From an uncultured Gammaproteobacteria bacterium (lineage in GTDB: Bacteria; Pseudomonadota; Gammaproteobacteria; UBA9214): DNA of 64,000 nt. The notes under the pieces are model-generated. The model saw nothing but the letters and a program-made list of their open reading frames with translations, ran no database searches and was not told where the DNA came from. A program made the translations under genes and the position numbers. The stretch spans positions 448,001 to 512,000 of the forward strand of contig CAVVHS010000006.1 of NCBI GenBank assembly GCA_963748215.1, read 5' to 3'. Below, in pieces: positions 29,858-39,115 of the stretch; position 1 is the first letter of the stretch; each line of letters opens with the position of its first letter.

Positions 29858-30526
29858 ATGAGCATGATTGAAAAGACCGTTATTCGTTCTGAACAATCGG
29901 TGCTGGCCACCAACAAGGTGCTGCGCAATACCTACGCCCTGCTGTCGATGACGCTGATCTTCAGCGCGCTGTGTGCAGGTGCAGCCGTTGCACTCAGTAT
30001 GCCGCCAATGGGCATGATCGTCACCCTGGTCGGCTATTTCGGTCTGCTGTTCCTGACCACGCGATTCAGCAACAGCGGCCTGGGCCTGCTGTTCGTCTTC
30101 GCCCTGACCGGCTTCATGGGGCTGACGCTTGGGCCGATCATCAGCATGTATCTGTCCATCCCGAACGGTAACCAGCTCGTGATGACCGCCATGGGCGGGA
30201 CCGGCGTCATCTTCCTGGGCCTGTCAGGCTACGTACTGACCACGCGCAAGGATTTCAGCTTTATCGGCGGCTTCCTGATGGTTGGTATCCTGGTGGCGTT
30301 CCTCGCCGGTATTGCCAGCATGTTCCTGAGCATGCCGGGACTGTCGCTGGCCGTATCTGCAATGTTCGTCCTGCTGATGTCGGGCTTGATCCTCTACCAG
30401 ACCAGCGAAATCATCCATGGCGGCGAGACCAACTACATCCTGGCCACGGTGACGCTGTTCGTTTCCATATACAACCTGTTCCTGAGCCTGCTGCAGTTGC
30501 TCGGGGCGCTGGGTGGTGATGATTAA
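29858..30526 (+). CDS. yccA: Bax inhibitor-1/YccA family membrane protein
   Basis: TNKVLRNTYALLSMTL, IIHGGETNYILATVTLFVSIYNLF. Confidence 0.95.
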   Translation: MSMIEKTVIRSEQSVLATNKVLRNTYALLSMTLIFSALCAGAAVALSMPPMGMIVTLVGYFGLLFLTTRFSNSGLGLLFVFALTGFMGLTLGPIISMYLSIPNGNQLVMTAMGGTGVIFLGLSGYVLTTRKDFSFIGGFLMVGILVAFLAGIASMFLSMPGLSLAVSAMFVLLMSGLILYQTSEIIHGGETNYILATVTLFVSIYNLFLSLLQLLGALGGDD

Positions 30527-30546
30527 CCGCCTTAGCCTATACCTGT

Positions 30547-30576
30547 ACAGGCCCCGCTATGCGGGGCCTGTTTTTT
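30547..30576 (+). terminator. intrinsic terminator
   Basis: ACAGGCCCCGC-TAT-GCGGGGCCTGT plus T run. Confidence 0.75.
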
Positions 30577-30588
30577 ATGGATGTCGAC

Positions 30589-30990
30589 ATGCACGAATCA
30601 TTTGACGCACGCAACGAGCTGGAAGAGAAACTGCTGGCCGCCCAGGAAGGCCAGATCAGCAGCGAGGAGTTCATGCAGTACCTGATGGATAACCAGGTGT
30701 TCATGCCGGTGAAGGACTCGATCGGTATCGGCGGGTTCACGGCCAGCAACAAGGCGGTACCGCTGACGCTCAGGAGCGACGACAACACCGAGGTGCTGAT
30801 CCTGTTCACCAGTCCCGATCGGGCCAAGGATTTCGTGAGTGAATTTCCCGGCTACGAAGGCGGCCTGCTGGCCGAGTTCAGCTGGGTGCTGGAGCGCACC
30901 GGCAGCGGCATCGGCATTTCCATCAATCCGAACTGGCCGGTCGGCTTCGATCTCGAGCCGGAGATGGTCCAGCAGCTGAAGCACAACTGA
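30589..30990 (+). CDS. SseB-family protein
   Basis: RNELEEKL...VFMPV...LILFTSPDR...ISINP; start uncertain (30577 or 30589). Confidence 0.75.
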   Translation: MHESFDARNELEEKLLAAQEGQISSEEFMQYLMDNQVFMPVKDSIGIGGFTASNKAVPLTLRSDDNTEVLILFTSPDRAKDFVSEFPGYEGGLLAEFSWVLERTGSGIGISINPNWPVGFDLEPEMVQQLKHN

Positions 30991-30995
30991 CCTGC

Positions 30996-31442
30996 TTGAA
31001 AGCGATAACCCCGCCGGCAACGGATTACCTGTTCTATATCGCGCTGCTGGCGGGGCCCGCCAGCTGGCTGGCCCTGTACCACCTGCTCGACCCCACCCTG
31101 CGCCTGGACTGGCCGCTGCGCCAGCCCGGGCTATTCCTGATGCCGGCACTGGTCTATCCGGTGTTGGAGGAAATCGCCTTTCGTGGCCTGTTGCAGGAGC
31201 TGGTGCGCGAACACATCAGCCGCGCCTCACTCGGGCCCCTGTCGTATGCCAACCTGCTTACCAGCGTGGTGTTCACTGCCCTGCACTTCATCTATCACCC
31301 GCCGCTGTGGGCCGCGCTGGTGCTGCTCCCTTCCCTGGTATTCGGTTTCTTCAAGGACCGTACCGGCGCGCTAGCGGCTCCTGTTCTCCTGCACGTCTTT
31401 TACAACGCCGGTTTTCTCTGGCTGTTCTCCGCGCCCGGGTAA
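30996..31442 (+). CDS. mrtJ: CAAX-type (CPBP) glutamic intramembrane protease, JDVT-CTERM/MrtJ-like
   Basis: PVLEEIAFRGLLQ, ANLLTSVVFTALH, PSLVFG, LLHVFYN; short 148-aa form. Confidence 0.7.
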   Translation: MKAITPPATDYLFYIALLAGPASWLALYHLLDPTLRLDWPLRQPGLFLMPALVYPVLEEIAFRGLLQELVREHISRASLGPLSYANLLTSVVFTALHFIYHPPLWAALVLLPSLVFGFFKDRTGALAAPVLLHVFYNAGFLWLFSAPG

Positions 31443-31523
31443 CGGGCTTCCCGAATTCGCGAAGGTAATCGATGCGGTCCGCAAGCTCACCGCATCCTGC
31501 GACGCTCAGGAGCAAGTCGTGTT

Positions 31524-31606
31524 GTAGGAGCGGATCTCATGCGCGATGGGGTCATACAGACACGAATGGTTGTAGATCTTCATTCGTGGTCCGCGTCCGC
31601 TCCTAC
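31524..31606. repeat. GTAG-type REP doublet
   Basis: GTAGGAGCGGA ... TCCGCTCCTAC inverted ends with inner hairpin CACGAATG/CATTCGTG, between convergent genes. Confidence 0.7.
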
Positions 31607-33021
31607 CGCAATGTTTGCAAAATTCCGACAAACCGGTTATGGCGGGCGCGCAGTCGCGGATTCTCGCGTGGCGTAAAACGTGCGACTGGTCCCGACGCCG
31701 GCCAGGCCGCGGATGCGCCGGACGCCTGCCAGGCAATGCCGCGGGCCGTGGCCTCGACCTGTGGCGGACGCTGCACCTCGAGCCCGGACAGATCGGCCAG
31801 TCTCTGGCACAGGGCGTCGAGGTTGGCCAGTCCGCCGCTGATACGGATGGTGCCGACGGATGGGGCTGCCTGGCACATCAGACCGATGTTGGCCTGGATC
31901 AGGAACAGGATGCTCTCGATCACTGCCACCATGGCCTCAGGGGCGGACGGACTGCTGCTTTCGAAATACGGTTCCGGTGCGGTACGCCACCACGGCGCAC
32001 CCAGTCCGCCGACGGTGTTGATGAACAGTGCAGGTTCCGTTATGTCATCCAGCCAGCCCGGCAGTTTTTCTTCCAGGCCGGTGAATGCGAAACGCTGTGC
32101 AGCCCAGGTCAGCGCCGCGGCCGCCCCGTTGACCGTACCCTCGATGTAATAGCGACCACCGCCGGCGTCGCTGTGCGAAATTCCGGCCAGCAAGCCTGCC
32201 GGGCGCGTCGCGGGATCTGCTACCGGCAGCAGCACGAAGGCGCCGGTGCCGATGTTGACCAGGATGGTGTCGTCACGCGGTGCGCCGAGCGCATACAGCG
32301 CCGCGGTCTGGTCACCGTTCACCGCGCGCAGCGGGATATCACCGGGCGCGGTATGGCCATAGTCGGCGCAGACAGGCCGGCATTCGGGCAGTACCGGGCG
32401 CGGAATGCCGAACAGCTCCAGCAGTTCATCGTCCCAGTCACGCGTGTGCAGGTTCCATAACAGGGTGCGCGAGGCATTGGCATGATCCACGCAGGCGGGA
32501 CGGTCCTGCAACAGGTGGAACAGCAGGTAGCTCGCCAGCGGCCCCATCAGCAGTCGCTCGTTGCGTGCGGCTTCCGCCACCGCCGGAACGTTGTCGAGCA
32601 GCCAGCGCAGCTTGCCGGCACCGTAGTGCGGCGACAGGCGCAGGCCGGTGAGATGCGTGATGCGCTGTTCGTGCGATGCCAGTGTGGCGATCCAGGGCGC
32701 GGTACGGCGGTCCTGCCAGCTGAGGACCGGGGCCAGTGCCTGTCCCGTGCTGCGGTCCCAGGCCACCACGCTGGATCGCTGCGTCGCCAGGCCGGCGCAG
32801 CCGACCGGCCGTCCGTCCAGCGCAGGGTCTGCCAGCACCTGCTGCACTACCCGGTTCAGGGAGGCGAGAATCTCGTCCGGGTCCTGCTCTGCCTCGCTGT
32901 GACTGCGTGCCTGCAGGGCAACGGCCTGCCGGGCCTGTGCGACCACCCTGCCCTGCGCGTCGAACACGATGGCGCGCGTCGAATGCGTGCCCTGGTCGAT
33001 GGCAAGGATCAGGGCGCTCAC
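31603..33021 (-). CDS. glpK: FGGY-family kinase, glycerol kinase-like
   Basis: ILAIDQGTHSTRA, ATQRSS, SWQDRRT, NASRTLLWNL, GDQTAA, GTGAF. Confidence 0.8.
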   Translation of the reverse strand: MSALILAIDQGTHSTRAIVFDAQGRVVAQARQAVALQARSHSEAEQDPDEILASLNRVVQQVLADPALDGRPVGCAGLATQRSSVVAWDRSTGQALAPVLSWQDRRTAPWIATLASHEQRITHLTGLRLSPHYGAGKLRWLLDNVPAVAEAARNERLLMGPLASYLLFHLLQDRPACVDHANASRTLLWNLHTRDWDDELLELFGIPRPVLPECRPVCADYGHTAPGDIPLRAVNGDQTAALYALGAPRDDTILVNIGTGAFVLLPVADPATRPAGLLAGISHSDAGGGRYYIEGTVNGAAAALTWAAQRFAFTGLEEKLPGWLDDITEPALFINTVGGLGAPWWRTAPEPYFESSSPSAPEAMVAVIESILFLIQANIGLMCQAAPSVGTIRISGGLANLDALCQRLADLSGLEVQRPPQVEATARGIAWQASGASAAWPASGPVARFTPRENPRLRARHNRFVGILQTLR

Positions 33022-33022
33022 A

Positions 33023-34195
33023 TCAGCTTACCGGCACCAGCTTGATATCCGCGGTGTACGCCACGGCCGTGCGTGGCGGCAGTGTGTGCCGTAGCATGTG
33101 CATCACCTTTTCCGCCGTCGCGCGGTAACCGGTCAGCTTGCCGCCATAGATCGATACCAGCCGTGGCCGTTTCGGGTCGTTGACCGTCAGCATGGTCTCG
33201 CGTGAGCGCCGGAACGCCGCGTTGGTCGAGGCCGGCAGTACACGCAACCCGGCAAAGCGCTCGATGACCGTGGCCGGCCGCCGCGGGAAGTAATGTGCGA
33301 GTACTTCCAGCAGATAGCTCTCCTCGTCCGGTCGCACGGCGACCGATGCGGGATCGCCGCTATAGCGGTGTTCGGTGGTGCCGAGCAGGGCATGCTCGCC
33401 CCAGGGCAGCAGGAACACGGCGCGTCGGTCCTGCGGGGCTTCCATGTAGTAGCAGCCACGCGTCAACCTGCCGGGTACGACCAGGTGCGCACCCTGTACC
33501 AGCTCGACCGGGTTGTGTGGCGGTGCCGGGTTGATGCATTCATCCACCTGGCCGGCCCACGGACCGCCGGCGTTGATAATGACGTCCGCGCTGCAGTCCT
33601 TGTCGATACCACGATGCCGGTACTCGATGGTGCAGCGCTGTGCATCGATTTCCGCTGCAGTGAACTTGGCCGGGCATGCCAGCGTGGCACCCAGGCGGAT
33701 GGCCGAGTGCATGACGGCGCGGGTGAGTTCGGCATCGTTGGTCTGGGCATCGAAATACTGGAACACCGCCTGCAGCCGGCGGGTGTCCAGGCCATCCAGC
33801 CTGTCCCATTCGCGGCGCGGCAGCGAGCGGAAGCGGCTCGAGTGGTGGATGCCGCCAAGCAAGGCATACAGGGACAGCCCGGTACACAGCATCAGCGGGC
33901 GGCGCGTGGTATCGGGGTCGACCGGGATGAAGAATGGCTGCAGTCGCACGAGGTCAGGCGCGATCCTGAGCAGGAGGCTGCGCTCGTGCAGGCTTTCCCG
34001 GACCAGGCCCCAGGCGTGCCCTTCGAGGTAGCGCAGGCCGCCGTGGATCAGCTTGCTGGAGCGACTGGAGGTGCCGGCCGCCAGCGCGGTCTGTTCCAGC
34101 ACCAGCACGGAATAACCCGCGCAGGCCGCCGCCTGTGCCACGCCGACGCCGTGAATGCCGCCACCGACGACCACGACATCGAAATGCTCAGCCAT
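33023..34195 (-). CDS. glpD: FAD-dependent glycerol-3-phosphate dehydrogenase/oxidase
   Basis: Start MAEHFDVVVVGGGIHG; GTSSRSSKLIHGGLRYLE; GGKLTGYR. Confidence 0.88.
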   Translation of the reverse strand: MAEHFDVVVVGGGIHGVGVAQAAACAGYSVLVLEQTALAAGTSSRSSKLIHGGLRYLEGHAWGLVRESLHERSLLLRIAPDLVRLQPFFIPVDPDTTRRPLMLCTGLSLYALLGGIHHSSRFRSLPRREWDRLDGLDTRRLQAVFQYFDAQTNDAELTRAVMHSAIRLGATLACPAKFTAAEIDAQRCTIEYRHRGIDKDCSADVIINAGGPWAGQVDECINPAPPHNPVELVQGAHLVVPGRLTRGCYYMEAPQDRRAVFLLPWGEHALLGTTEHRYSGDPASVAVRPDEESYLLEVLAHYFPRRPATVIERFAGLRVLPASTNAAFRRSRETMLTVNDPKRPRLVSIYGGKLTGYRATAEKVMHMLRHTLPPRTAVAYTADIKLVPVS

Positions 34196-34949
34196 TCGCG
34201 GTCCCGGTGAATTCGGGGTCGGAGAGCAGCTGGCTGATGCGGTTGGTTTCCACCAGTCGGAAACCGCGGGCCAGAAACGGTTCGATTTCACCGGTCGCGT
34301 TGATCGTGTATACCACCCATTGCCAAGGTCCCGGCCACAGCGGTTCGGGTGCCGGTGGCAGTCGCGTGCGGTTGCAGAACAGGAAATCCGGTGCCAGCGC
34401 GGCCGCCCTGGCGGCGCTCGCCTCCGACCATTCGGAGAGCACCCAGCCGACCCTTGAATGCCGGCGTTCGCGTGCCGCGGCGAGGACCGCGTCATCGAAC
34501 GAGATCAGGATGCACTGTTCGATCACCGGTGCGAGGCACTCCAGCACGGTATCGAGCACGACCTGCGTGCCGAACGCCTCCAGGCTCTCGCGCTTGAACT
34601 CGACGAAGGCCTGTGCATGCGGCCAACACTGCAGCAATGCCACGAAATCGTCCAGGCGCGCGATGCGCAGGTCGCTGAACGCGATGCCGAACTGCTCCGG
34701 CTGCCCGGCAGGCAGGCCGGCGATCTGTGCCCAGTCGGTACTGACGACTTCCAGGTCCTGCCCGGTAACCCGCAGCAGTGTCGGATCATGGACGAGTATC
34801 GGAACCCCGTCGGCGGTGAGCTGAACGTCGGTCTCGAGGTAGTGCGCACCGGCCGCCAGCGCGGCGCGGAAGCCTGCCAGTGAGTTTTCCGGCCAGCTGT
34901 CCGGCTCGCCGCGATGCGCAATCAATATCGTGTTCACGTCTCTTTCCAC
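34188..34949 (-). CDS. glycerophosphodiester phosphodiesterase
   Basis: IAHRG, PENSLA, ETDVQLTADG, HD, ISFD, YTIN. Confidence 0.92.
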   Translation of the reverse strand: MERDVNTILIAHRGEPDSWPENSLAGFRAALAAGAHYLETDVQLTADGVPILVHDPTLLRVTGQDLEVVSTDWAQIAGLPAGQPEQFGIAFSDLRIARLDDFVALLQCWPHAQAFVEFKRESLEAFGTQVVLDTVLECLAPVIEQCILISFDDAVLAAARERRHSRVGWVLSEWSEASAARAAALAPDFLFCNRTRLPPAPEPLWPGPWQWVVYTINATGEIEPFLARGFRLVETNRISQLLSDPEFTGTANG

Positions 34950-35827
34950 CAGTCCGCGATAACTCTCGCCACGTGCGGGTTGACCAGGTAGCCATAGGAC
35001 TTGTGTACGTTAAGTCCGCGGCTGTCCCGGTAATAGTTGTAAACGCCGTCGGTCATGTCCGTGATGCTTTCCACGGCCTTGTGCCGGACCATGCCGCCAA
35101 AATCGTCGGACAGCGTGGGGTCCAGCGCGACCAGGTCGCCGCGTGCCGCGATATTAACCCAGCGGCGGATGTTTTGCGGGTAGATTCGCGGTCTGCTGTG
35201 GCCCAGTCCGATCAGGCGACGTTGCACGTAGTGCATGCCGAGCGGGCTGCCGATGGTCAGGAAACAGTCCGCGCACCGCTGCAGTCCTTCCAGGTGATCG
35301 AGTTCCCACAACGAATCATAGGCGATGACCGAACCCATGCTGTGACCGATAAGCAGCACCCGTTCACCACAGGCTGCCGCCTCGCGCAGCGGCTGTTTTT
35401 GCAGGTTGCGGATCCGGCAACCGATATTGCCGTGGTTGCTGAAATAGATTTCGGTCTCGCGGATGGATAACTTGACCCGTCGATCGGGGATCAGCGGTAA
35501 CAGCCAGGGGATATGATCAGCGACCTGGTACATGGCCCGGGTCAGCGGATACCTGACCGGACGCGCCTCGCGGATATCTGCGTCACGGTAGCTTTCCTGC
35601 AACAGCAGATGATCGACCCAGTGCCTGTCGTCGTCGATATCACGCAGTGTGTCATACAGCAGGCCATTCCAGGCGACCAGGGAAAAGCTGTCTCTGGCCG
35701 CGATGGCGTCGGCCACGTCCGGATCGATGCGCCTGACGCCGTGCAGCAGGCAGCGCAGCAGTTGTTGACGGTGCAGGTCAGGCGGTGGCTTGGGGTTCTT
35801 GCCCGGTACAAAAATGATCCTGTTCAA
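34934..35827 (-). CDS. alpha/beta hydrolase-like protein
   Basis: LIGHSMGSVIAYD, LTIGSPLG, WVNIAARGDLVA, NVHKSYGYL. Confidence 0.8.
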   Translation of the reverse strand: MNRIIFVPGKNPKPPPDLHRQQLLRCLLHGVRRIDPDVADAIAARDSFSLVAWNGLLYDTLRDIDDDRHWVDHLLLQESYRDADIREARPVRYPLTRAMYQVADHIPWLLPLIPDRRVKLSIRETEIYFSNHGNIGCRIRNLQKQPLREAAACGERVLLIGHSMGSVIAYDSLWELDHLEGLQRCADCFLTIGSPLGMHYVQRRLIGLGHSRPRIYPQNIRRWVNIAARGDLVALDPTLSDDFGGMVRHKAVESITDMTDGVYNYYRDSRGLNVHKSYGYLVNPHVARVIADWWKET

Positions 35828-35864
35828 AACACGGCATCCGGCTGACGTTCTTCATGCTTGTTAT

Positions 35865-37253
35865 TCAGAAGGACACGAGTTGCTCGCATGTCGGCTCTGC
35901 ACAACAATACCAGTTCTCCGACAGGCGTGGAACCGGCGTGCCGGTATGCGCCAGTGCCAGGGCCGGTGCCGCCTGGCCGGCCTGTTCCCAGGCCAGTTTC
36001 CAGATGCCCTGGAATATTTCCGCGCGGGGTTCACCGGCCGCCTCTGCCCGGGTGATCCAGGCCTGCACGGCCTGCTGCAATGCGTCGATTCGCGCATCGG
36101 GATTTCGCCACGGATGGCCAAGGGTGGCCGGATCGAAAGCGCCGACGTGGTCTCCGATACCATCGATGTTGAGGATGTGCGAGCCGGCGGGAACCAGCAG
36201 GCGGATCGACAGCTGGACCGGTGCCACGGCCTCGACCAGTTGCAGATCGGCCACATGTCGCAGCAGGTCGATGTAGCCTTCGAGTGTCGTCCACGGGGTG
36301 AAGGCGACGAAGGTCGGCGCCAGGTCGATGCCCAGTTCGCGCATGAGCGCCAGTGCGGCGAGGAAGTCCGCGCGCGTATGACCCTTGTCGAGTTTTTCCA
36401 GGATGTCATCATCCACGGATTCCACCGCCGACAGGATGAACAGGCAGCCGCACTCGCCCAGCTCCCTGATCTGCCCGGGGTACTTCACAAGATGTTCGAT
36501 CTTGATGGTGGCGTCGAAGGTGAGCGCAGGGAATTCCGCATGCATGGCACGCACAATGCGCAGCGCATGGCCCGGGCCGTTGAAAAAATCGGGATCACCG
36601 AACGAGATGTGTTGCGCCCCGGCAGCGACCTGGCCACGGATATCGGCCAGTACGATGTCGGCCGGCACGACGAAGAACCTGCCGCGGTAGACCGGTACGA
36701 TCGGGCAATGACGACAGAAATACTTGCAACCGCGGGTCGCCTCGGCGAAACCGACCGTTTTGTGTGTACCATCCGGCATGATCAGGCTGGCATATTTCGC
36801 AAGGGGCGGCAGCTTGCTGCGGTCCGGCAGGATGAAATCAGTCTTGCCGAGATTGATCAGTGGTATGCCCTGGCCTGCAGGCTCGCCGGACTGCAACTGC
36901 CTGACCATCTCCACCAGGCCGGTTTCGTATTCTCCACCGATGACGGTCTGCACGCCGAGCGAGCGGAACAACTCGACATTCATCGGTGCGTACAGCCCGT
37001 AAACGCACAGGTGCGCGCGTGGCGCGAGTTGCCTGATCCTCGGCAGCGCCTCGACGGCGATACGTGTCGCGGTGTGCATGGCAACATAGATGGCAACGAC
37101 ATCGGTTGCCGGGTCCAGGCACTCGTCGAGCTTCTGTATCGACAGGTCGCAGCAGTCGACGCTGCAACCTTCCCGCGCCAGCCAGGCCGCCGGTTCAGCC
37201 AGGCCGAACGGCTGGCGACCCAGTTCGTAGGGATTGATTAACGCAATTCTCAT
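35865..37253 (-). CDS. CUAEP/CCAEP-tail radical SAM protein with B12-binding-like N-terminal domain
   Basis: TRGCKYFCRHC (CxxxCxxC); YELGRQPFGLA N-terminus; C-terminal WYCCAEP. Confidence 0.9.
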   Translation of the reverse strand: MRIALINPYELGRQPFGLAEPAAWLAREGCSVDCCDLSIQKLDECLDPATDVVAIYVAMHTATRIAVEALPRIRQLAPRAHLCVYGLYAPMNVELFRSLGVQTVIGGEYETGLVEMVRQLQSGEPAGQGIPLINLGKTDFILPDRSKLPPLAKYASLIMPDGTHKTVGFAEATRGCKYFCRHCPIVPVYRGRFFVVPADIVLADIRGQVAAGAQHISFGDPDFFNGPGHALRIVRAMHAEFPALTFDATIKIEHLVKYPGQIRELGECGCLFILSAVESVDDDILEKLDKGHTRADFLAALALMRELGIDLAPTFVAFTPWTTLEGYIDLLRHVADLQLVEAVAPVQLSIRLLVPAGSHILNIDGIGDHVGAFDPATLGHPWRNPDARIDALQQAVQAWITRAEAAGEPRAEIFQGIWKLAWEQAGQAAPALALAHTGTPVPRLSENWYCCAEPTCEQLVSF

Positions 37254-37290
37254 TTTAAATATAATTCAATCAGTATGTTATGTGTCGGCT

Positions 37291-37335
37291 CGCGTGTGGC
37301 GCGTGTGGCGCGTGTGGCGCGTGTGGCGCGGGTGG
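37291..37335. repeat. 9-bp tandem repeat (CGCGTGTGG), 5 copies
   Basis: Four perfect copies and one with a mismatch, just upstream of the radical SAM gene. Confidence 0.9.
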
Positions 37336-37589
37336 CGGGAATAGCAGTAGTCCGGTGTCCGGCAATGACGGTTAACGTTGCACCAGTGTAGCGCGTTTGC
37401 ACACCGTACCTGTACCTGTAGTTACCTGCTGATTGCTTGTACCATACGCACCTGCCGTCTGCTTAGACAACGCAGATGACGACGGAGTGGCAGAAGCGTA
37501 TTCGCTGCACTCGCCATAACGAGACACATGAACATATCCTGGTTACCCAAAGGAAGGTGCTGTTTGAATAACTGCCCGCGTGGTGTGCT

Positions 37590-38741
37590 GTGAACGACGA
37601 TACCCCGATCCAGTACATCGACACCGCTGCCGGGCTTGCTGCTTTTTGCTCGCGCCTGTCTGCTGTCGACTGGTTTGCGCTCGATACGGAATTTCTGCGC
37701 GAGAAGACCTACTATCCCAAGCTGTGCCTGCTGCAAATCGCCACCACGGATGAGGTCGCCTGCATCGATCCGCTGGCGCTCGACGACCTCGGTCCGCTGC
37801 TCGCGGTGCTTGCCGACCCGCGTATCACCAAGGTGATGCACTCCTGCCGCCAGGATATGGAGATTTTCTACCAGCTTGCCGGCCGGGCGCCCGCCCCGGT
37901 ATTCGACACCCAGGTCGCTGCTCCGCTGCTGGGTTATGCGGACCAGATCGGTTACGCCAACCTGGTGAAGGAAATCGCCGGTGTCGCACTGGACAAATTG
38001 CACACGCGTGCCGACTGGTCGGTGCGTCCGCTGACGCAGGCACAGATCCGCTACGCGGCGGATGACGTGATTTACCTGGTGGACATCTACCGCACGATCG
38101 TTGCGCGACTGCAGGAGCTCGGCCGGCTTGACTGGCTGGCGGAGGATTTCCGGGAGTTGTCCGAAGCGGGGCTTTATGACATGGCACCGGCCAGCGCGTG
38201 GCTGAAGGTCAAGGGTGCCCATCGCCTCAAGGGTGCGAGCCTGTCGATACTGCAGGCGCTGGCGCAGTGGCGCGAGGAAACCGCTCGCAGCAAGGACCGG
38301 CCGCGTGGCTGGCTGCTGCGCGATGATGCCATGCTGGATATTGCCCGCCACAAGCCGGACACCCTGGAGGCACTGAAGGCCATTCGCGGCCTGAGCGACA
38401 GTCTGCTCAACCGCTCCGGTGAGGAATTACTGGGTATTGTCGAACAGGCGACCACGCGCAAGCCGTCGCCTTTTCCGGATGGCGGCACGCGGACAAAACT
38501 GTCGGCGGCGCAGGAGGCCCTGGTCGACGTGATGATGGCAGTGGTGCGCATCACGGCGGACGAGAACCAGCTGAACCCGAGTGTGCTGGCCGGACGCAGG
38601 GACCTCGAGGCACTGCTGCTGGGCGATCCTGCCAGCGCCGTGCTACACGGCTGGCGTCACCGGCTGATCGGCGAGCGCCTGCAGCGGCTGCTGGCCGGGC
38701 AGCAGAGTCTCACGGTGCGGGATGGCAGGCTGGTGCTGTGA
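37590..38741 (+). CDS. rnd: ribonuclease D
   Basis: ALDTEFLREKTYYPKLCLLQIA, VFDTQVAA, DWSVRPL, YAADDV; HRDC domain. Confidence 0.96.
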   Translation: MNDDTPIQYIDTAAGLAAFCSRLSAVDWFALDTEFLREKTYYPKLCLLQIATTDEVACIDPLALDDLGPLLAVLADPRITKVMHSCRQDMEIFYQLAGRAPAPVFDTQVAAPLLGYADQIGYANLVKEIAGVALDKLHTRADWSVRPLTQAQIRYAADDVIYLVDIYRTIVARLQELGRLDWLAEDFRELSEAGLYDMAPASAWLKVKGAHRLKGASLSILQALAQWREETARSKDRPRGWLLRDDAMLDIARHKPDTLEALKAIRGLSDSLLNRSGEELLGIVEQATTRKPSPFPDGGTRTKLSAAQEALVDVMMAVVRITADENQLNPSVLAGRRDLEALLLGDPASAVLHGWRHRLIGERLQRLLAGQQSLTVRDGRLVL

Positions 38742-39108
38742 GACGTGAAAAGAAGAATGGCCATGGAACCACACGGAAGAACGCGGAATAACAGATTATT
38801 GCAGTAATCTTAGGGTGCGTTTTACGCACCGGGAATGGTGCACGAAGTGCACCCTACGACTGAATCAGAGGAAGTGAGACGTGAGACGTGAAAAGAAGAA
38901 TGGCCACGGAACCACACAGAAGGACACGGAAAAACAGATTATTGCAGTAATGTAGGGTGCGTTTTACGCACCGGGGATGGTGCACGAAGTGAACCCTGCA
39001 ACTGAATCAGAGGAAGTGAGACGTGAGACGTGAGACGTGAAAAGAAGAATGGCCACGGAACCACACGGAAAAACAGACTCGAGTCAAGCTATACCTTTCA
39101 CGTTTCAC
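38738..39108. repeat. composite intergenic repeat, ~2.3 units of 143-149 bp
   Basis: Units start at 38738, 38881 and 39030 with GTGAGAC heptamers, CACGGAA motifs and (G)TAGGGTGC..GCACCCTAC REP doublets; inverted CTTTCACGTTTCAC at the right end. Confidence 0.85.
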
Positions 39109-39115
39109 GCGCTGT

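Noticed and set aside
35865-35930. Selenocysteine recoding in the radical SAM tail
   Set aside because: Codons are TGT-TGT (Cys-Cys); no in-frame TGA before the stop
35790-37241. Long antisense ORFs (483 aa here; also 10815-12059, 52923-54239, 62582-63799)
   Set aside because: Shadow frames of well-supported opposite-strand genes in GC-rich DNA, with no recognisable motifs
38738-39108. CRISPR array
   Set aside because: Whole units are duplicated, there are no variable spacers and no cas genes
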